DNA of 64,000 nucleotides from an uncultured Muribaculaceae bacterium (GTDB lineage Bacteria > Bacteroidota > Bacteroidia > Bacteroidales > Muribaculaceae), in contig CALUMX010000013.1 of the NCBI GenBank assembly GCA_944321875.1, positions 2,816 through 66,815 on the forward strand, given 5' to 3'. Below, one piece after another: positions 1 through 10,450 of this stretch. The notes beneath the pieces were generated by a model, which saw nothing but the letters and a program-made list of their open reading frames with translations, searched no databases and had not been told where the DNA came from. How positions within the stretch are numbered: the stretch's first letter is position 1; each line of letters begins with the position of its first letter. Both the position numbers and the translations under genes were made by a program.

Positions 1-1004
1 GTGTAGTAGCGTGCGATAGTCAGGCGCATGGACGAGGAGTCGGGGAAGTTGATTTCGTTCTGCACAAGGCCTTTACCGAACGTGCGTCGTCCGACAAGAA
101 CTCCGCGGTCCCAGTCCTGGAACGCTCCGGCGAGAATCTCGCTTGCCGAGGCAGAGTACTGGTTGAGCATTACGACCACCTTCATGCCCTTCAGCTTGCC
201 GCGTCCGTTGGCGTTGAGGTCCTGGCGTGGTTTGGCGCGTCCTTGCGTGTAGACAATCAGCTCGCCGCGGTCGAGAAATTCATTGATAATCTCTGCCGCG
301 ATGTTCATATAGCCTCCGCCATTATCGGTCAGGTCGAGAATCAGCTGCTTCATGCCTTGCTTCTTCAACTTCTCGATAGCCTCTGTAAACTCATCATGTG
401 AGGTGCGGGCAAAGCGGGAGAGGCGGATGTAGCCTGTTTGCTTGTCGGCCATGTAGACAGCGTCGATGCTGTGCATCGGGATGTCGTCACGCGTCAGCCG
501 GAATTCCAGCAACTCTTTCTCACCGCCACGTTTCACGCCGATGTCGACTTTCGAGCCTTTCTTGCCACGCAACAGCTTCATGATGTCACTCGTTTTCAGC
601 TTCTTGCCGGCAATGGTGCTGTCGTTGACCGTAATAAAGCGGTCACCCGGCAGGATTCCTGCCTTTTCCGATGGACCTCCTGCAATGGTCTGCACGACGT
701 AGAGCGTATCTTTCTGCATGTTGAACTGGATGCCGATTCCGCTGAAACTTCCGTCCATCGACGCTCTCATCTCAAGCGTCTCCTCCTTTGTGCTGTAGGA
801 CGAGTGCGGGTCGAGATTCTCGAGCATGCCGCGGATGGCATCGGCTACGAGTTTTTCCTCGTCGACCTCGTCAACGTAATTACGCGCAATCGTCGCCTCG
901 ACAGCCGACAGCTTCTGGCGTGCCGACATCTTGTTGAAGAATTGCGCCTGTGAGGCTTGGGCCGACAGCAGAAGTGCGGCGGCCAGTATGACAAAACGAT
1001 TCAT
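1..1004 (-). CDS. Carboxy-terminal processing (tail-specific) protease, S41 family; 3' end lies outside the window
   Basis: The minus-strand frame is open to the window edge, so it is absent from the ORF track. ATG is the complement of 1002-1004. My translation starts MNRFVILAAALLLSAQA (signal peptide) and contains NQYSASASEILAGAF and RRTFGKGLVQ, which are typical S41 motifs. Confidence 0.85.
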   Translation of the reverse strand, partial: MNRFVILAAALLLSAQASQAQFFNKMSARQKLSAVEATIARNYVDEVDEEKLVADAIRGMLENLDPHSSYSTKEETLEMRASMDGSFSGIGIQFNMQKDTLYVVQTIAGGPSEKAGILPGDRFITVNDSTIAGKKLKTSDIMKLLRGKKGSKVDIGVKRGGEKELLEFRLTRDDIPMHSIDAVYMADKQTGYIRLSRFARTSHDEFTEAIEKLKKQGMKQLILDLTDNGGGYMNIAAEIINEFLDRGELIVYTQGRAKPRQDLNANGRGKLKGMKVVVMLNQYSASASEILAGAFQDWDRGVLVGRRTFGKGLVQNEINFPDSSSMRLTIARYY

Positions 1005-1018
1005 AGTAGCAAATTAAT

Positions 1019-1483
1019 TTATTCGTTGATGTGATAGCCCGGAGGCAGCATCGAACTCGCATCGCGGCCGAAGCTGAGCAGCTCGCGCACGATGGAGGAA
1101 CTGATGTGTCCGTATTCGGGCAGCGTGTAGAGCAGTACGGTCTCCAGTCCCGACAGCTCACGGTTGACTTCGGCGAGATTCTTCTCATACTCGAAGTCCT
1201 GTATCATTCTGACGCCACGCAGCAGGAACTGCGCGCCGTGCTCCCTGGCCGCATCGACCGTCAGTCCGCTGTAGGAAATCACCTCAATGCGCGGTTCGTC
1301 GACAAACAGCTCGCGGATGGCCTCCACGCGTCTGCGCTCGGTCATGAACGATTTTTTCAGACTGTTGACTCCCACGGCGATGATGATTTTGTCGAAAAGC
1401 GGAAGCGCCCGCTCTACGATGGAATGGTGGCCGATGGTATAGGGGTCGAAAGAGCCCGGAAAAATGGCAATGCGTTGTTGCAT
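1019..1483 (-). CDS. coaD: Phosphopantetheine adenylyltransferase
   Basis: ORF 1019..1516. IAIFPGSFDPYTIGHHSIV is the T/HxGH nucleotidyltransferase motif and ISSSIVRE is near the C-terminus. I prefer the internal ATG (MQQRIAIFPG) at 1483. Confidence 0.9.
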   Translation of the reverse strand: MQQRIAIFPGSFDPYTIGHHSIVERALPLFDKIIIAVGVNSLKKSFMTERRRVEAIRELFVDEPRIEVISYSGLTVDAAREHGAQFLLRGVRMIQDFEYEKNLAEVNRELSGLETVLLYTLPEYGHISSSIVRELLSFGRDASSMLPPGYHINE

Positions 1484-1496
1484 TTTGTATCTGAGA

Positions 1497-3434
1497 TTAG
1501 GATTTTGAAATTTCAAGTTCCTCGTCGTCCTCCACTACCAGGTTGTCGACGATGAAAAGCTGACGTTCCATTGTGTTCTTACCCATGTAGAAGTCGAGCA
1601 TTTCCTTCACGGAGTCGTCCTTGCGGAGCTTCACCTGGTCGAGGCGCATATTCGGTCCGATAAAGTCCTTGAACTCCTCAGAGGAGATTTCACCCAGACC
1701 CTTGAATCGTGTAATCTCGGCGTTTGCTCCCAGTTTCTCGATAGCGTTGACGCGTTCCTCGTCGGTGTAGCAGTAATAGACCTCGTTGCCTGTATTTTCC
1801 TTCTTGCCCTTGCCCTGACGGCGCGATGTCTTTTTGTTGCGCACACGGAAGAGCGGTGTCTGCAGGATGTAGACGTGTCCCTTCTTGATAAGGTCGGGGA
1901 AGAACTGCAGGAAGAACGTAATCATCAGCAGGCGGATGTGCATGCCGTCGACATCGGCATCCGTCGCGATAATCACCTTGTTGTAGCGCAATCCGTCGAT
2001 GCCTTCCTCAATGTTGAGGGCTGCCTGCAGCAGGTTGAACTCCTCGTAGTCGTAGACCACTTTCTGCGTCTTGCCGAAAGTGTTGAGCGGCTTACCGCGG
2101 AGGGAGAACACGGCCTGCGTCTCCACGTCGCGGATTTTCGTAATCGTACCCGTAGCCGAAAGACCCTCGGTGATGAAAATCGACGACTCATCGACGCGGT
2201 CGCCCTTCGGGTCGTTGTAGTGGACGCGGCAGTCGCGCAGCTTGCGGTTGTGCAGGCTCACTTTCTTGGCACGCTCGCGCGATTGCTTCGTGATGCCGGC
2301 AATGGCCTTGCGCTCCTTCTCCGACTCCTGAATCTTGCGGAGCATGATTTCGCTTGTCTCGCCGTCGATGTGCAGATAGTTGTCAAGTTCGCGCTTGAGG
2401 AAGTCGCCGATAAACTTGGCTACCGTCGGACCTTCCGGGCCCATGTCGCGTGAGCCGAGCTTCGTTTTCGTCTGTGACTCAAACACCGGCTCCTGCACCT
2501 TGATGCTGATGGCCGCCACCATACCGTTACGGATGTCGGCATACTCGAAGTTCTTGCCGAAGAATTCCTTGATGGTGCGCGACACCGATTCGCGGAACGC
2601 CGTCAGGTGCGTACCGCCTTGCGTTGTGTGCTGTCCGTTGACGAAGGAATAGAATTCCTCGCCGTATTGTGAGGCGTGGGTGATAACGATTTCAATGTCC
2701 GGTCCCGTAAAGTGGATGATGGGGTAGAGCGGGTCGTTGGTCATGTTTTCCTTCAGCAGGTCGACAAGACCGTTGCGCGAGTGCATCTTCTGACCGTTGA
2801 AAACGATGGTAAGCCCCGTGTTGAGGAACGTGTAGTTGCGCAACAGCGTTTCCACAAATTCCTCCTTGAACTTGTAGTCGCGGAAAATCGTGTTGTCGGG
2901 CACGAACGTAACCAGTGTTCCGTTTTCCTCAGTGGTCGGGAAAATGTCGCTTTCCTCCAGCACCTCTCCGCAACTGTATTTGATGGTTTTGCCCTCGCCG
3001 TCGCGGAAGGCTGATATTTCAAAATAGGACGACAGGGCGTTGGTAGCCTTGATACCTACACCGTTCAGACCGACCGACTTCTTGAAAGCCGCCGAGTCGT
3101 ATTTCGCTCCCGTGTTCATCTTGGACGACACATCCTTCAGCGCGCCCAAAGGGATACCGCGGCCGTAGTCGCGCACCTGTGCCCGTCCGTCGTCGGAGAT
3201 GTTGACGATAATCTGCTTGCCGAAGCCCATCGCATACTCGTCGATGGCGTTGTCAAGCACCTCCTTCAGCAGCACATAGATACCGTCATCGGAATGGGAG
3301 CCGTCGCCCAGTTTTCCGATATACATACCCGGACGGCGGCGGATGTGTTCCCTCCAATCGAGGGTTTTGATGTCGTCCTCCGTATAGTTGACGGTCTGTT
3401 CAGAAAGTTGCTCGTTGATTATTTCTTCTGCCAT
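1497..3434 (-). CDS. parE: DNA topoisomerase IV subunit B (type IIA topoisomerase ATPase subunit)
   Basis: GHKL ATPase and TOPRIM motifs are present: [49 protein letters not shown]. The N-terminus resembles ParE rather than GyrB. ATG at 3434 (MAEEII) is preferred over TTG at 3446. Confidence 0.8.
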   Translation of the reverse strand: MAEEIINEQLSEQTVNYTEDDIKTLDWREHIRRRPGMYIGKLGDGSHSDDGIYVLLKEVLDNAIDEYAMGFGKQIIVNISDDGRAQVRDYGRGIPLGALKDVSSKMNTGAKYDSAAFKKSVGLNGVGIKATNALSSYFEISAFRDGEGKTIKYSCGEVLEESDIFPTTEENGTLVTFVPDNTIFRDYKFKEEFVETLLRNYTFLNTGLTIVFNGQKMHSRNGLVDLLKENMTNDPLYPIIHFTGPDIEIVITHASQYGEEFYSFVNGQHTTQGGTHLTAFRESVSRTIKEFFGKNFEYADIRNGMVAAISIKVQEPVFESQTKTKLGSRDMGPEGPTVAKFIGDFLKRELDNYLHIDGETSEIMLRKIQESEKERKAIAGITKQSRERAKKVSLHNRKLRDCRVHYNDPKGDRVDESSIFITEGLSATGTITKIRDVETQAVFSLRGKPLNTFGKTQKVVYDYEEFNLLQAALNIEEGIDGLRYNKVIIATDADVDGMHIRLLMITFFLQFFPDLIKKGHVYILQTPLFRVRNKKTSRRQGKGKKENTGNEVYYCYTDEERVNAIEKLGANAEITRFKGLGEISSEEFKDFIGPNMRLDQVKLRKDDSVKEMLDFYMGKNTMERQLFIVDNLVVEDDEELEISKS

Positions 3435-3467
3435 TGTAGATTGCAAGGGTTAAAAATCGGGGTTGAA

Positions 3468-4559
3468 TTAAAGTTGGGCGGCTACAGCCTTCGCCAGGTC
3501 GGCCAGGTTGATGACACGTTGTTGCAGCGCACCGTTTCGGTCGATGATGAAGATGGCCGGAAGAGAACCGACGTTGTAGTTGCGGAGGTGTTCAGAGTTG
3601 ATGCCGTTCGGGTCAAATACGGTTACCCATGGCAGACTCTTGGCAGCGTCCTTCCAGCTGAATTCGTTGTTGTCGTAGCCCACCTGGTAGATTTCCACGT
3701 CAGGAGCATATTTCTTGTAGACTTCGAGCAGCAGGGCGTTGAATGCCGGTGATTCCTCTCCGAGGTAGGAGGTAAAGTTGAGGATTACGACCTTGCCTTT
3801 TCCGGCCACGTCGGTCAGTTTCACGGATTTTCCGTTCTCGTCAGTCAGGTTGATGTCGAAGATGCCCACTTCCTCCGCCATCACCGTGCGCTGGTTTTCA
3901 GTTGACGGAGCGCGGTGGAAACGAAGGTATTTCTTGTATTCGTCAGTCAGATACTGTGTCAGCGGGTCGTTCGGGCGGAACGTCTGGTAGCCCGTAGCAA
4001 CGGCACCGATGATTTTGAAGTCAAATCTGTCGAGCGGGTCGAAAATGCGGCGGTTGTCCACCTGTTTCTCCACTGTGTAGAATGCGATGATGCTCGACGG
4101 GTCTTTCAGCAGCAGGTTGGCCAGCTGTTTCTTTGATTCGAGAGCCGTAGAGTCGTTGAGCGGCTTGCCGGCCATCGTTGCGGCGATGCGGTCCACTTCC
4201 ATAATCCATTTTGCGTTTTCCGAGCCTTCGAGCGTATAGCGTGTGTCGAAGTTGACAGAGTCGGTCTTAACGGTGATGTGCTCTGTGCTGTCGATAGGCA
4301 CATAGACATAGCGGTCGTGGAAAGAGAGACGGTAGATGGCGGGATTTTCCGGAATGTCGCCCTTGAACGAGAACGTTCCGGCCTCGTCGGTATGAAGCGT
4401 GTCGAGCGGAGCCCAGAAGCCGTTGACAGAGTGCTGTACGACGAGCTCAGCGTTTTTCACGCCGTCGATTGTTCCGCTGATTTCAAATTTGTTACTGTTG
4501 TCGGAGCAGGATGCCAGAATGGCCGCCGACGCAAAAAGAGTATAGATTAGCTTTTTCAT
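3468..4559 (-). CDS. TlpA-like thioredoxin-fold lipoprotein (DUF4369-type N-terminal domain plus AhpC/TSA-like C-terminal domain)
   Basis: Lipoprotein signal MKKLIYTLFASAAILASC. The C-terminal region (KVVILNFTSYLGEESP ... LPAIFIIDRNG) looks like a thioredoxin fold but lacks the CxxC motif. Confidence 0.7.
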   Translation of the reverse strand: MKKLIYTLFASAAILASCSDNSNKFEISGTIDGVKNAELVVQHSVNGFWAPLDTLHTDEAGTFSFKGDIPENPAIYRLSFHDRYVYVPIDSTEHITVKTDSVNFDTRYTLEGSENAKWIMEVDRIAATMAGKPLNDSTALESKKQLANLLLKDPSSIIAFYTVEKQVDNRRIFDPLDRFDFKIIGAVATGYQTFRPNDPLTQYLTDEYKKYLRFHRAPSTENQRTVMAEEVGIFDINLTDENGKSVKLTDVAGKGKVVILNFTSYLGEESPAFNALLLEVYKKYAPDVEIYQVGYDNNEFSWKDAAKSLPWVTVFDPNGINSEHLRNYNVGSLPAIFIIDRNGALQQRVINLADLAKAVAAQL

Positions 4560-4834
4560 TATATTAATGTTTTAATGTGCCAAAGTTACGCTTTTTCTGC
4601 GACAAATCGAACAAAATCCACCCAATAATCGAAAGCACGGGGACGCGGCCGCCGATTTGACCCGAGGCGCGGAGCGGCAATCAGTCTTTAGCAAAACCCG
4701 TTTGCCGGCGAAGTTGTCGGAAATGCCTCTGACGGAATTCCTTAAAAAAGCATAATAACAGAGCGGAACGTAACCACTTAAATGCCCGAAAATAAAAATA
4801 TTGCAAAAACGGCGGTAACACGGGAAACTTTCAC

Positions 4835-4842
4835 TATCTTTG
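4835..4842 (+). promoter_or_regulatory. Bacteroides-type -7 box (tatctttg) for pnp
   Basis: Exact TAnnTTTG match 29 nt upstream of the pnp ATG. Confidence 0.5.
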
Positions 4843-4870
4843 TGCGAATTTTAAGCGTTAAAAAATATAT

Positions 4871-7117
4871 ATGAATCCAATTAAGAAAACCATCACGCTT
4901 GCCGATGGCAGAACCATCACTCTGGAAACAGGAAAATTGGCAAAGCAGGCTGATGGCGCAGTAGAGTTGCGCATGGGAAATACGATGCTCCTCGCAACTG
5001 TTGTTTCAGCAAAAGAAGCTGGAGAGGGCGTTGATTTCATGCCGCTCCAGGTAGAGTACAAAGAGAAATTCTCAGCAGCAGGCCGCTATCCGGGCGGTTT
5101 CTTGAAGCGCGAAGGTCGTGCGTCTGATTATGAAATCCTGACGGCGCGTCTTGTTGACCGCGTGCTTCGTCCGTTGTTCCCTGAAAACTATCACGCGGAT
5201 ACTTTCGTGAACATCATCATGTTCTCTTCTGACGGTGTCGACATGCCGGACGCATTGGCCGGTCTTGCAGCCTCAGCCGCTATCGCCGTATCTGACGTAC
5301 CGTTCCACGGTCCTATCTCTGAGGTACGCGTAGCCCGCGTAGACGGACAATTTGTAATCAACCCGACATTTGAGCAGGCTGAAAGAGCCGACATCGAATT
5401 GATGGTAGGTGCTACCTACGACAACATCATGATGGTGGAAGGTGAGATGAACGAAGTGTCAGAGGCTGAATTGCTCGACGCTTTGAAGGCCGCTCACGAA
5501 GCTATCAAGGCTCAATGTCTTGTTCAGGAAGAACTGGCTAAGGAGTTGGGTGTAGTTAAGCGTGAATATTGCCACGAAGTGAACGATGAGGAGCTTCGCA
5601 AGGACGTACACGAAAAGTGCTACGACAAGGCTTATGCCATCGCGAAGGCAGGTTGCGCAGACAAGCAATGGCGCAACGAGTCGTTCCAGAAAGTGGAAGA
5701 AGAATATCTCGAGTCAATTCCGGAAGAGGAGCGCGAGGAAAAGGCTCCGCTCGTTGCCCGTTACTATCACGATGTTGAGAAGGAAGCCGTACGTCGCTGC
5801 ATTCTCGACGAGGGTATCCGTCTTGACGGTCGTAAGACAAACGAAATCCGTCCTATCTGGTGTGAGGTTGATTACCTGCCGGGCCCTCACGGATCAGCCG
5901 TGTTTACCCGTGGTGAGACTCAGGCTCTCGCTACTTGTACGCTGGGTACGAAGCTCGACGAGAAGATTCTCGACGACGTGCTCAACCAGGGCAAGGAACG
6001 CTTCCTCCTTCACTATAACTTCCCTCCATTCTCTACGGGCGAGGCTAAGCCGCAACGTGGCGTAGGCCGTCGTGAGATTGGTCACGGTAACTTGGCTCAC
6101 CGCGCGTTGAAGCGTATGTTCCCGGATGACTTCCCTTATACTTGCCGTATCGTTTCCGATATTCTCGAGTCTAACGGTTCTTCATCCATGGCAACTGTTT
6201 GTGCCGGTACGCTGTCACTGCTCGATGCAGGCGTGAAGATGAAACGTCCGGTTTCAGGTATCGCAATGGGTCTTATCACAGACAATGAAAAATATGCCGT
6301 ACTTTCCGATATCCTCGGCGATGAGGACCACCTCGGAGATATGGACTTCAAGGTAACAGGTACAGAGAAGGGTATCACTGCCACTCAGATGGATATCAAG
6401 TGTGACGGTCTGTCATACGAAATCCTTGAGAAGGCGCTCAACCAGGCTCGCGAAGGCCGTATGTATATCCTCGGCAAGTTGCAGGAGGCTATCCCGGCTC
6501 CGCGCGAGAATTACAAGCCTCACGTTCCTCGCATCGTAACGATGACTATTCCGAAGGAATTCATCGGTGCGGTAATCGGCCCGGGCGGAAAGATTATCCA
6601 AGGCATTCAGGAGGAATCAGGAGCTATTGTTACAATTGAGGAAGAGGGCGACCATGGCAATATCGAGGTGGCTGCTCCTAACCGCGAATCAATCGACAAG
6701 GCTCTTGCACGCATCAAGGCTATCGTGGCTCAGCCGGAAGAGGGTGAGGTTTACACCGGTAAGGTTGTAAGCATCATGGACTTCGGTGCATTCGTAGAAT
6801 TCATGCCGGGTCGTGATGGTCTGCTCCACATCTCTGAAATCGGTTGGGAACGTTATGAATCAATGGACGCTACCGGCCTGCACGAAGGTGACGAGGTAAC
6901 AGTGAAGTTGATTGAGATTGACAAGAAGACAGGTAAGTTCCGCTTGTCAATGCGTGCCCTTCAGCCAAAACCGGAAGGCTACGTAGAGCGTCCGGCTCGT
7001 CCTCCGCGTCGCGAAGGCGGAAACGGTGGCAACGGACGTGGCGGCAACGGCAACGGCGGTGGTCGTGGCCCGCGTCGCGAAGGTGGCAACGGTGGTGGCC
7101 GTGGTCCGCGTTCTTAA
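4871..7117 (+). CDS. pnp: Polyribonucleotide nucleotidyltransferase (PNPase) with a C-terminal Arg/Gly/Asn-rich tail
   Basis: Two RNase PH domains ([14 protein letters not shown]), a KH domain (IGPGGK) and an S1 domain ([15 protein letters not shown]). Length is 748 aa. Confidence 0.95.
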   Translation: MNPIKKTITLADGRTITLETGKLAKQADGAVELRMGNTMLLATVVSAKEAGEGVDFMPLQVEYKEKFSAAGRYPGGFLKREGRASDYEILTARLVDRVLRPLFPENYHADTFVNIIMFSSDGVDMPDALAGLAASAAIAVSDVPFHGPISEVRVARVDGQFVINPTFEQAERADIELMVGATYDNIMMVEGEMNEVSEAELLDALKAAHEAIKAQCLVQEELAKELGVVKREYCHEVNDEELRKDVHEKCYDKAYAIAKAGCADKQWRNESFQKVEEEYLESIPEEEREEKAPLVARYYHDVEKEAVRRCILDEGIRLDGRKTNEIRPIWCEVDYLPGPHGSAVFTRGETQALATCTLGTKLDEKILDDVLNQGKERFLLHYNFPPFSTGEAKPQRGVGRREIGHGNLAHRALKRMFPDDFPYTCRIVSDILESNGSSSMATVCAGTLSLLDAGVKMKRPVSGIAMGLITDNEKYAVLSDILGDEDHLGDMDFKVTGTEKGITATQMDIKCDGLSYEILEKALNQAREGRMYILGKLQEAIPAPRENYKPHVPRIVTMTIPKEFIGAVIGPGGKIIQGIQEESGAIVTIEEEGDHGNIEVAAPNRESIDKALARIKAIVAQPEEGEVYTGKVVSIMDFGAFVEFMPGRDGLLHISEIGWERYESMDATGLHEGDEVTVKLIEIDKKTGKFRLSMRALQPKPEGYVERPARPPRREGGNGGNGRGGNGNGGGRGPRREGGNGGGRGPRS

Positions 7118-7148
7118 TGCAGACATAGTTCAAACAGCGCAATAAAAA

Positions 7149-7185
7149 GCCGTTCCCGGAGAGAAACCGGGAGCGGCTTTTTTTT
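7149..7185 (+). terminator. Intrinsic terminator of pnp
   Basis: Stem gccgttcccgg / ccgggagcggc (11 bp, one G-U pair), 7-nt loop, followed by T8. Confidence 0.8.
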
Positions 7186-7373
7186 ATGTTGACTCCATTT
7201 TGACAGTATGGGGAATTTCTTCTGCTTTTTTGTCATGAGAGGTCGGAAAAATGGTATTTTGTAAGGTGTTGATTTTCAGTGGTGTAATTTTGTGCAATAA
7301 AAATAACTTCAGAAAAAGATGTTTTATAACATATTTTTTGGGCATTTTTCTTGCATAGTTTGCAATTTAGCAC

Positions 7374-7381
7374 TATCTTTG
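7374..7381 (+). promoter_or_regulatory. Bacteroides-type -7 box (tatctttg) upstream of an orphan small ORF
   Basis: Exact TAnnTTTG match about 50 nt upstream of the ATG at 7432. Confidence 0.45.
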
Positions 7382-7431
7382 CAGTGTCAAAAGGATGATA
7401 AGAAAACTAATTTAAAGGAATTGATCCTATA

Positions 7432-7599
7432 ATGCGCAAGAGAGCGCAGCAACTAAATGAAAAGAAAGGAGATTTTATTATGAACACTACGAATCTACAA
7501 AAAGTAAAGCAAATGCCATCACACAGTTTTCATCCTAATGCATCTCTTAGAATGGTGCGTAGAATGGCTTACGTGGCAGGAGTTGACAATCACAATTAA
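7432..7599 (+). CDS. Candidate small protein of 55 aa (39 aa from the internal ATG at 7480), or a non-coding transcript
   Basis: Translated by hand: MRKRAQQLNEKKGDFIMNTTNLQKVKQMPSHSFHPNASLRMVRRMAYVAGVDNHN, stop taa at 7597-7599. It is below the ORF-track size cutoff and is bracketed by a promoter box and a terminator. Confidence 0.3.
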   Translation: MRKRAQQLNEKKGDFIMNTTNLQKVKQMPSHSFHPNASLRMVRRMAYVAGVDNHN

Positions 7600-7645
7600 C
7601 AACTCTTTTAAATCGATTTCTCATAGTTATTAAATAGTTAGGTAG

Positions 7646-7670
7646 CCGACTCAATTGAGCCGGTTTTTTT
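7646..7670 (+). terminator. Intrinsic terminator after the small ORF
   Basis: Stem ccgactc / gagccgg (7 bp with one A-C mismatch), loop aatt, followed by T7. Confidence 0.5.
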
Positions 7671-7842
7671 GTGTCCAGACGGAAAGGTTGTAGGGGTTGG
7701 AATGCGTCGGAATTGCTATTGGAATATAGACAAATATAGATAAATCATTGTCATTCCGATATATAGCGGAGATTTCTTTTGAAATGCCTTTCAAAGTCGC
7801 TATATTCGCTTGTAAAGATTTATTAACTAAACCTGATACATT

Positions 7843-10371
7843 ATGAAAAAATACGGTTTGATGGTTGCGTCCCTGCTTCTCTGTTGCGCGATGCCGGCAG
7901 AAGGGCAGTTGTTGAGGCAACTGGGAAAAGAATTGAAGAAAGTGGCCGAAGACAAGGGAAAAGAGGTGGTGGAACAGTTGACGAAGTCCGATTCTCCGGA
8001 AAAGAAACAGCCGTCAGGCGCTGTGAATGCCGCAAAGTCCGACCCGAATTTCAAGCCGCAGACCATTGAGATTGATGAGGCAACTTACCATTACATCCGA
8101 TTGACGGACGACACGAAGTTTATCCGCATTCCCGAATTGCTCGATTTTGCGGAGATGCATGATGGGTTGTTTGGCGTGAAGAATGAGTCCGGGCGGTGGG
8201 CATTTTTCAATGCGGAAGGAGAGATGGTGTTCGGCTTTGATTGGAACAATCCGACCATGAAGAATGCGAACGTCCGATTTGAGAACGGAGCTGTCATCAT
8301 GAAGAGCGCGAAGTCCGAAGGGTCTAATTATCCTTACTATATTCTTTATAAGGACGGAAGTTGCAAGAAGTTGCCGACTACCTATCTGAATCCTACTCCG
8401 TTTTCCGATGGTCTTGCGAGGGTTTTGAAGAAAACGACAGGCACAGTCAGCTCGCAGGGTGTGTGGGTCTATATCAACACGGAGGGAAAAGAGGTGTTTC
8501 CCAATCTGAACGAGCCGGTGAAGTACAGCTTTACGCCGATTGAGCGCGTAGGACGTATCGGCGACGGATTGCGTGCCCACTACGATACGGACAAGAAGCT
8601 CTGGGGCTACATTGACACGAAAGGCAACATGGTGATTGAGCCGGCATATTTCGAGGCTGGCGATTTCAACGAAGGCCGTGCTGTGGTTGTAACCAGAGAG
8701 GGCTGGGACAAAAAGTGGCATATTATCGACACGCAGGGAAAGGACGTGTTTGGCCGCAGTTTCACGAGTTTTGTTTCCGGCTGTTCTGATGGGCGTATCG
8801 TGGTGCATAACGACGAGAAAAAGCAGGATGAGATCTATGACCGTGACGGAAAATTGCTCAAAACCTTTGAGGTGGCGACTCCGTTTGTGCGCGGCTTCTC
8901 ATGGGTGAAGGAAAAGGAAGGAAACGAAGCTGGTTATTTAGGAGCTTCCAACAGGATGATTGTGGTTGATGAAAACTTCAACAAAGTCAATGACCTTCCG
9001 TTCAGTACGATTTACCGCAACGCTACGGACCAGTATGGATTCAAAGTGGGCGATGCCGGTGTATTTACCTTGAGTGTCAATTCCGTTCCGCAAATCTATA
9101 TGCCCGACGGCCGGCTTGTGATTTCCGGCAGGACTACCGGAGAGGTGGAGGCTTTCAGTTCAGATTTCATGGCGAAGGCTGATATGGCGCCTTTCGACAA
9201 TGGATATTGCGGATTTATCAACGAGAAAGGCGAATTTGAACTGGTGTTGAAGTCGGAAGTAACGGCAGGCAGAGTGCCTTCCGTTGTTGGTGGCAATCCG
9301 GACACAACACCCGGAGAAACGGTCGAGGTGGAATGGAAAGAACCGCCTTCACCACCGACACCGCCGGCAGGAAAGCCTTGGTCGGAACCCGTCTATACGG
9401 TGACGGCAGTTGCCGACCCGGCAGAGGGTGGAACGGTAACCGGTTCCGGAGAATACAAATACGGCGACCAGGTGGAAGTGGTGGCATCTCCCAGCGAAGG
9501 CTGGAAATTGGGAACTATCGAGTCGGATACTTATGTGACCAACCTGTCGGACAATGCGGTACGTGCTACCGTCAGAGGCCGTGACTTGAATTTTACCGCA
9601 AAATTCATCAAGGAGGATGAGCTGCTTGAGCCTCGTCCGTTGACGGCATCCGGCAAGGGTAGCTATGGCAATACGGACAGCAAGGTGGAATGGGACGTTT
9701 ATTTGCTGCAGAGCAATGAGAAGAACGTCAGCTCGCCTTATGGCAACGCGACTTATGGCTATCTGACGGCGATTTTCGACAGCGAGCAGCTGTATGCCTT
9801 CGAAATGGATGAGCTGAAGGACGTCGGTCAGATTTATGCGAAATTCTGTTTTGTACCGATGTTGATTTCCGGCCGGATTGTCGACGGAGAGAAAGAGTAT
9901 ATCGTAGCCGACGGTGGTCAGTTCATGGTGGGCGGATTGAACGCGAAAATCAACGACCCGCTGATGAATCTCTATCTGAGTTTCCTTATCAGCTACAACG
10001 GAGCGTCGCACGCTACGGTGAGCGATGCCCGCTACCGCATTGAGGTTCAGAGCCGGGATGAGGCGACGGGAGCCTGCACGTTGGGTCGTCTTGAGCGCTA
10101 TCATCCTTCTTATGGATGGTTGCCGTCCGACAACGATGCGTTCAAGCCTTCGGGAAGTGGAGGTTTCACGCTGTTGCCAAAGACCAACAAGAATGCGTCC
10201 ATCCCGACGTTTATCTTCCAGGGCATACGCCTGACACCTTGCGACGTGCGCAACGACGTGACGTGGGCACCGCCTGCAGGATGGTTTGCCGACCAGAAAG
10301 AATATGACGACGCAACGACAAAACTGATGGAATCAATCAGCACGTTTATAGAGCGCTTTGAGCAGTTTTAA
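7843..10371 (+). CDS. Secreted WG-repeat (KWG) protein with a Listeria-Bacteroides-type repeat and a C-terminal region of unknown function
   Basis: Signal peptide is present. There are multiple W(A/G)(F/Y)I(N/D)..G repeats (WAFFNAEGEMV, WGYIDTKGNMVIEPAYFEAGDFNEGRAVV, WHIIDTQGKDV). YTVTAVADPAEGGTVTGSGEYKYGDQVEVVASPSEGW resembles an InlB B-repeat. Confidence 0.75.
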   Translation: MKKYGLMVASLLLCCAMPAEGQLLRQLGKELKKVAEDKGKEVVEQLTKSDSPEKKQPSGAVNAAKSDPNFKPQTIEIDEATYHYIRLTDDTKFIRIPELLDFAEMHDGLFGVKNESGRWAFFNAEGEMVFGFDWNNPTMKNANVRFENGAVIMKSAKSEGSNYPYYILYKDGSCKKLPTTYLNPTPFSDGLARVLKKTTGTVSSQGVWVYINTEGKEVFPNLNEPVKYSFTPIERVGRIGDGLRAHYDTDKKLWGYIDTKGNMVIEPAYFEAGDFNEGRAVVVTREGWDKKWHIIDTQGKDVFGRSFTSFVSGCSDGRIVVHNDEKKQDEIYDRDGKLLKTFEVATPFVRGFSWVKEKEGNEAGYLGASNRMIVVDENFNKVNDLPFSTIYRNATDQYGFKVGDAGVFTLSVNSVPQIYMPDGRLVISGRTTGEVEAFSSDFMAKADMAPFDNGYCGFINEKGEFELVLKSEVTAGRVPSVVGGNPDTTPGETVEVEWKEPPSPPTPPAGKPWSEPVYTVTAVADPAEGGTVTGSGEYKYGDQVEVVASPSEGWKLGTIESDTYVTNLSDNAVRATVRGRDLNFTAKFIKEDELLEPRPLTASGKGSYGNTDSKVEWDVYLLQSNEKNVSSPYGNATYGYLTAIFDSEQLYAFEMDELKDVGQIYAKFCFVPMLISGRIVDGEKEYIVADGGQFMVGGLNAKINDPLMNLYLSFLISYNGASHATVSDARYRIEVQSRDEATGACTLGRLERYHPSYGWLPSDNDAFKPSGSGGFTLLPKTNKNASIPTFIFQGIRLTPCDVRNDVTWAPPAGWFADQKEYDDATTKLMESISTFIERFEQF

Positions 10372-10391
10372 AAATGATTGGATTAAATGAC

Positions 10392-10430
10392 AGAGAAGGC
10401 CGGTTGCACCATCTGCAACCGGCCTTCTCT
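10392..10430. terminator. Bidirectional terminator between the convergent WG-repeat gene and trpS
   Basis: Perfect 17-bp stem agagaaggccggttgca / tgcaaccggccttctct with a 5-nt loop. Confidence 0.8.
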
Positions 10431-10450
10431 TATGAGATTTTCCGTTGAGT

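Noticed and set aside
8014-10104. Long minus-strand ORFs (8014-8808, 9349-10104) inside the WG-repeat gene
   Set aside because: They are antisense shadows. They have no recognisable motifs, whereas the plus-strand frame shows clear repeat architecture and a signal peptide.
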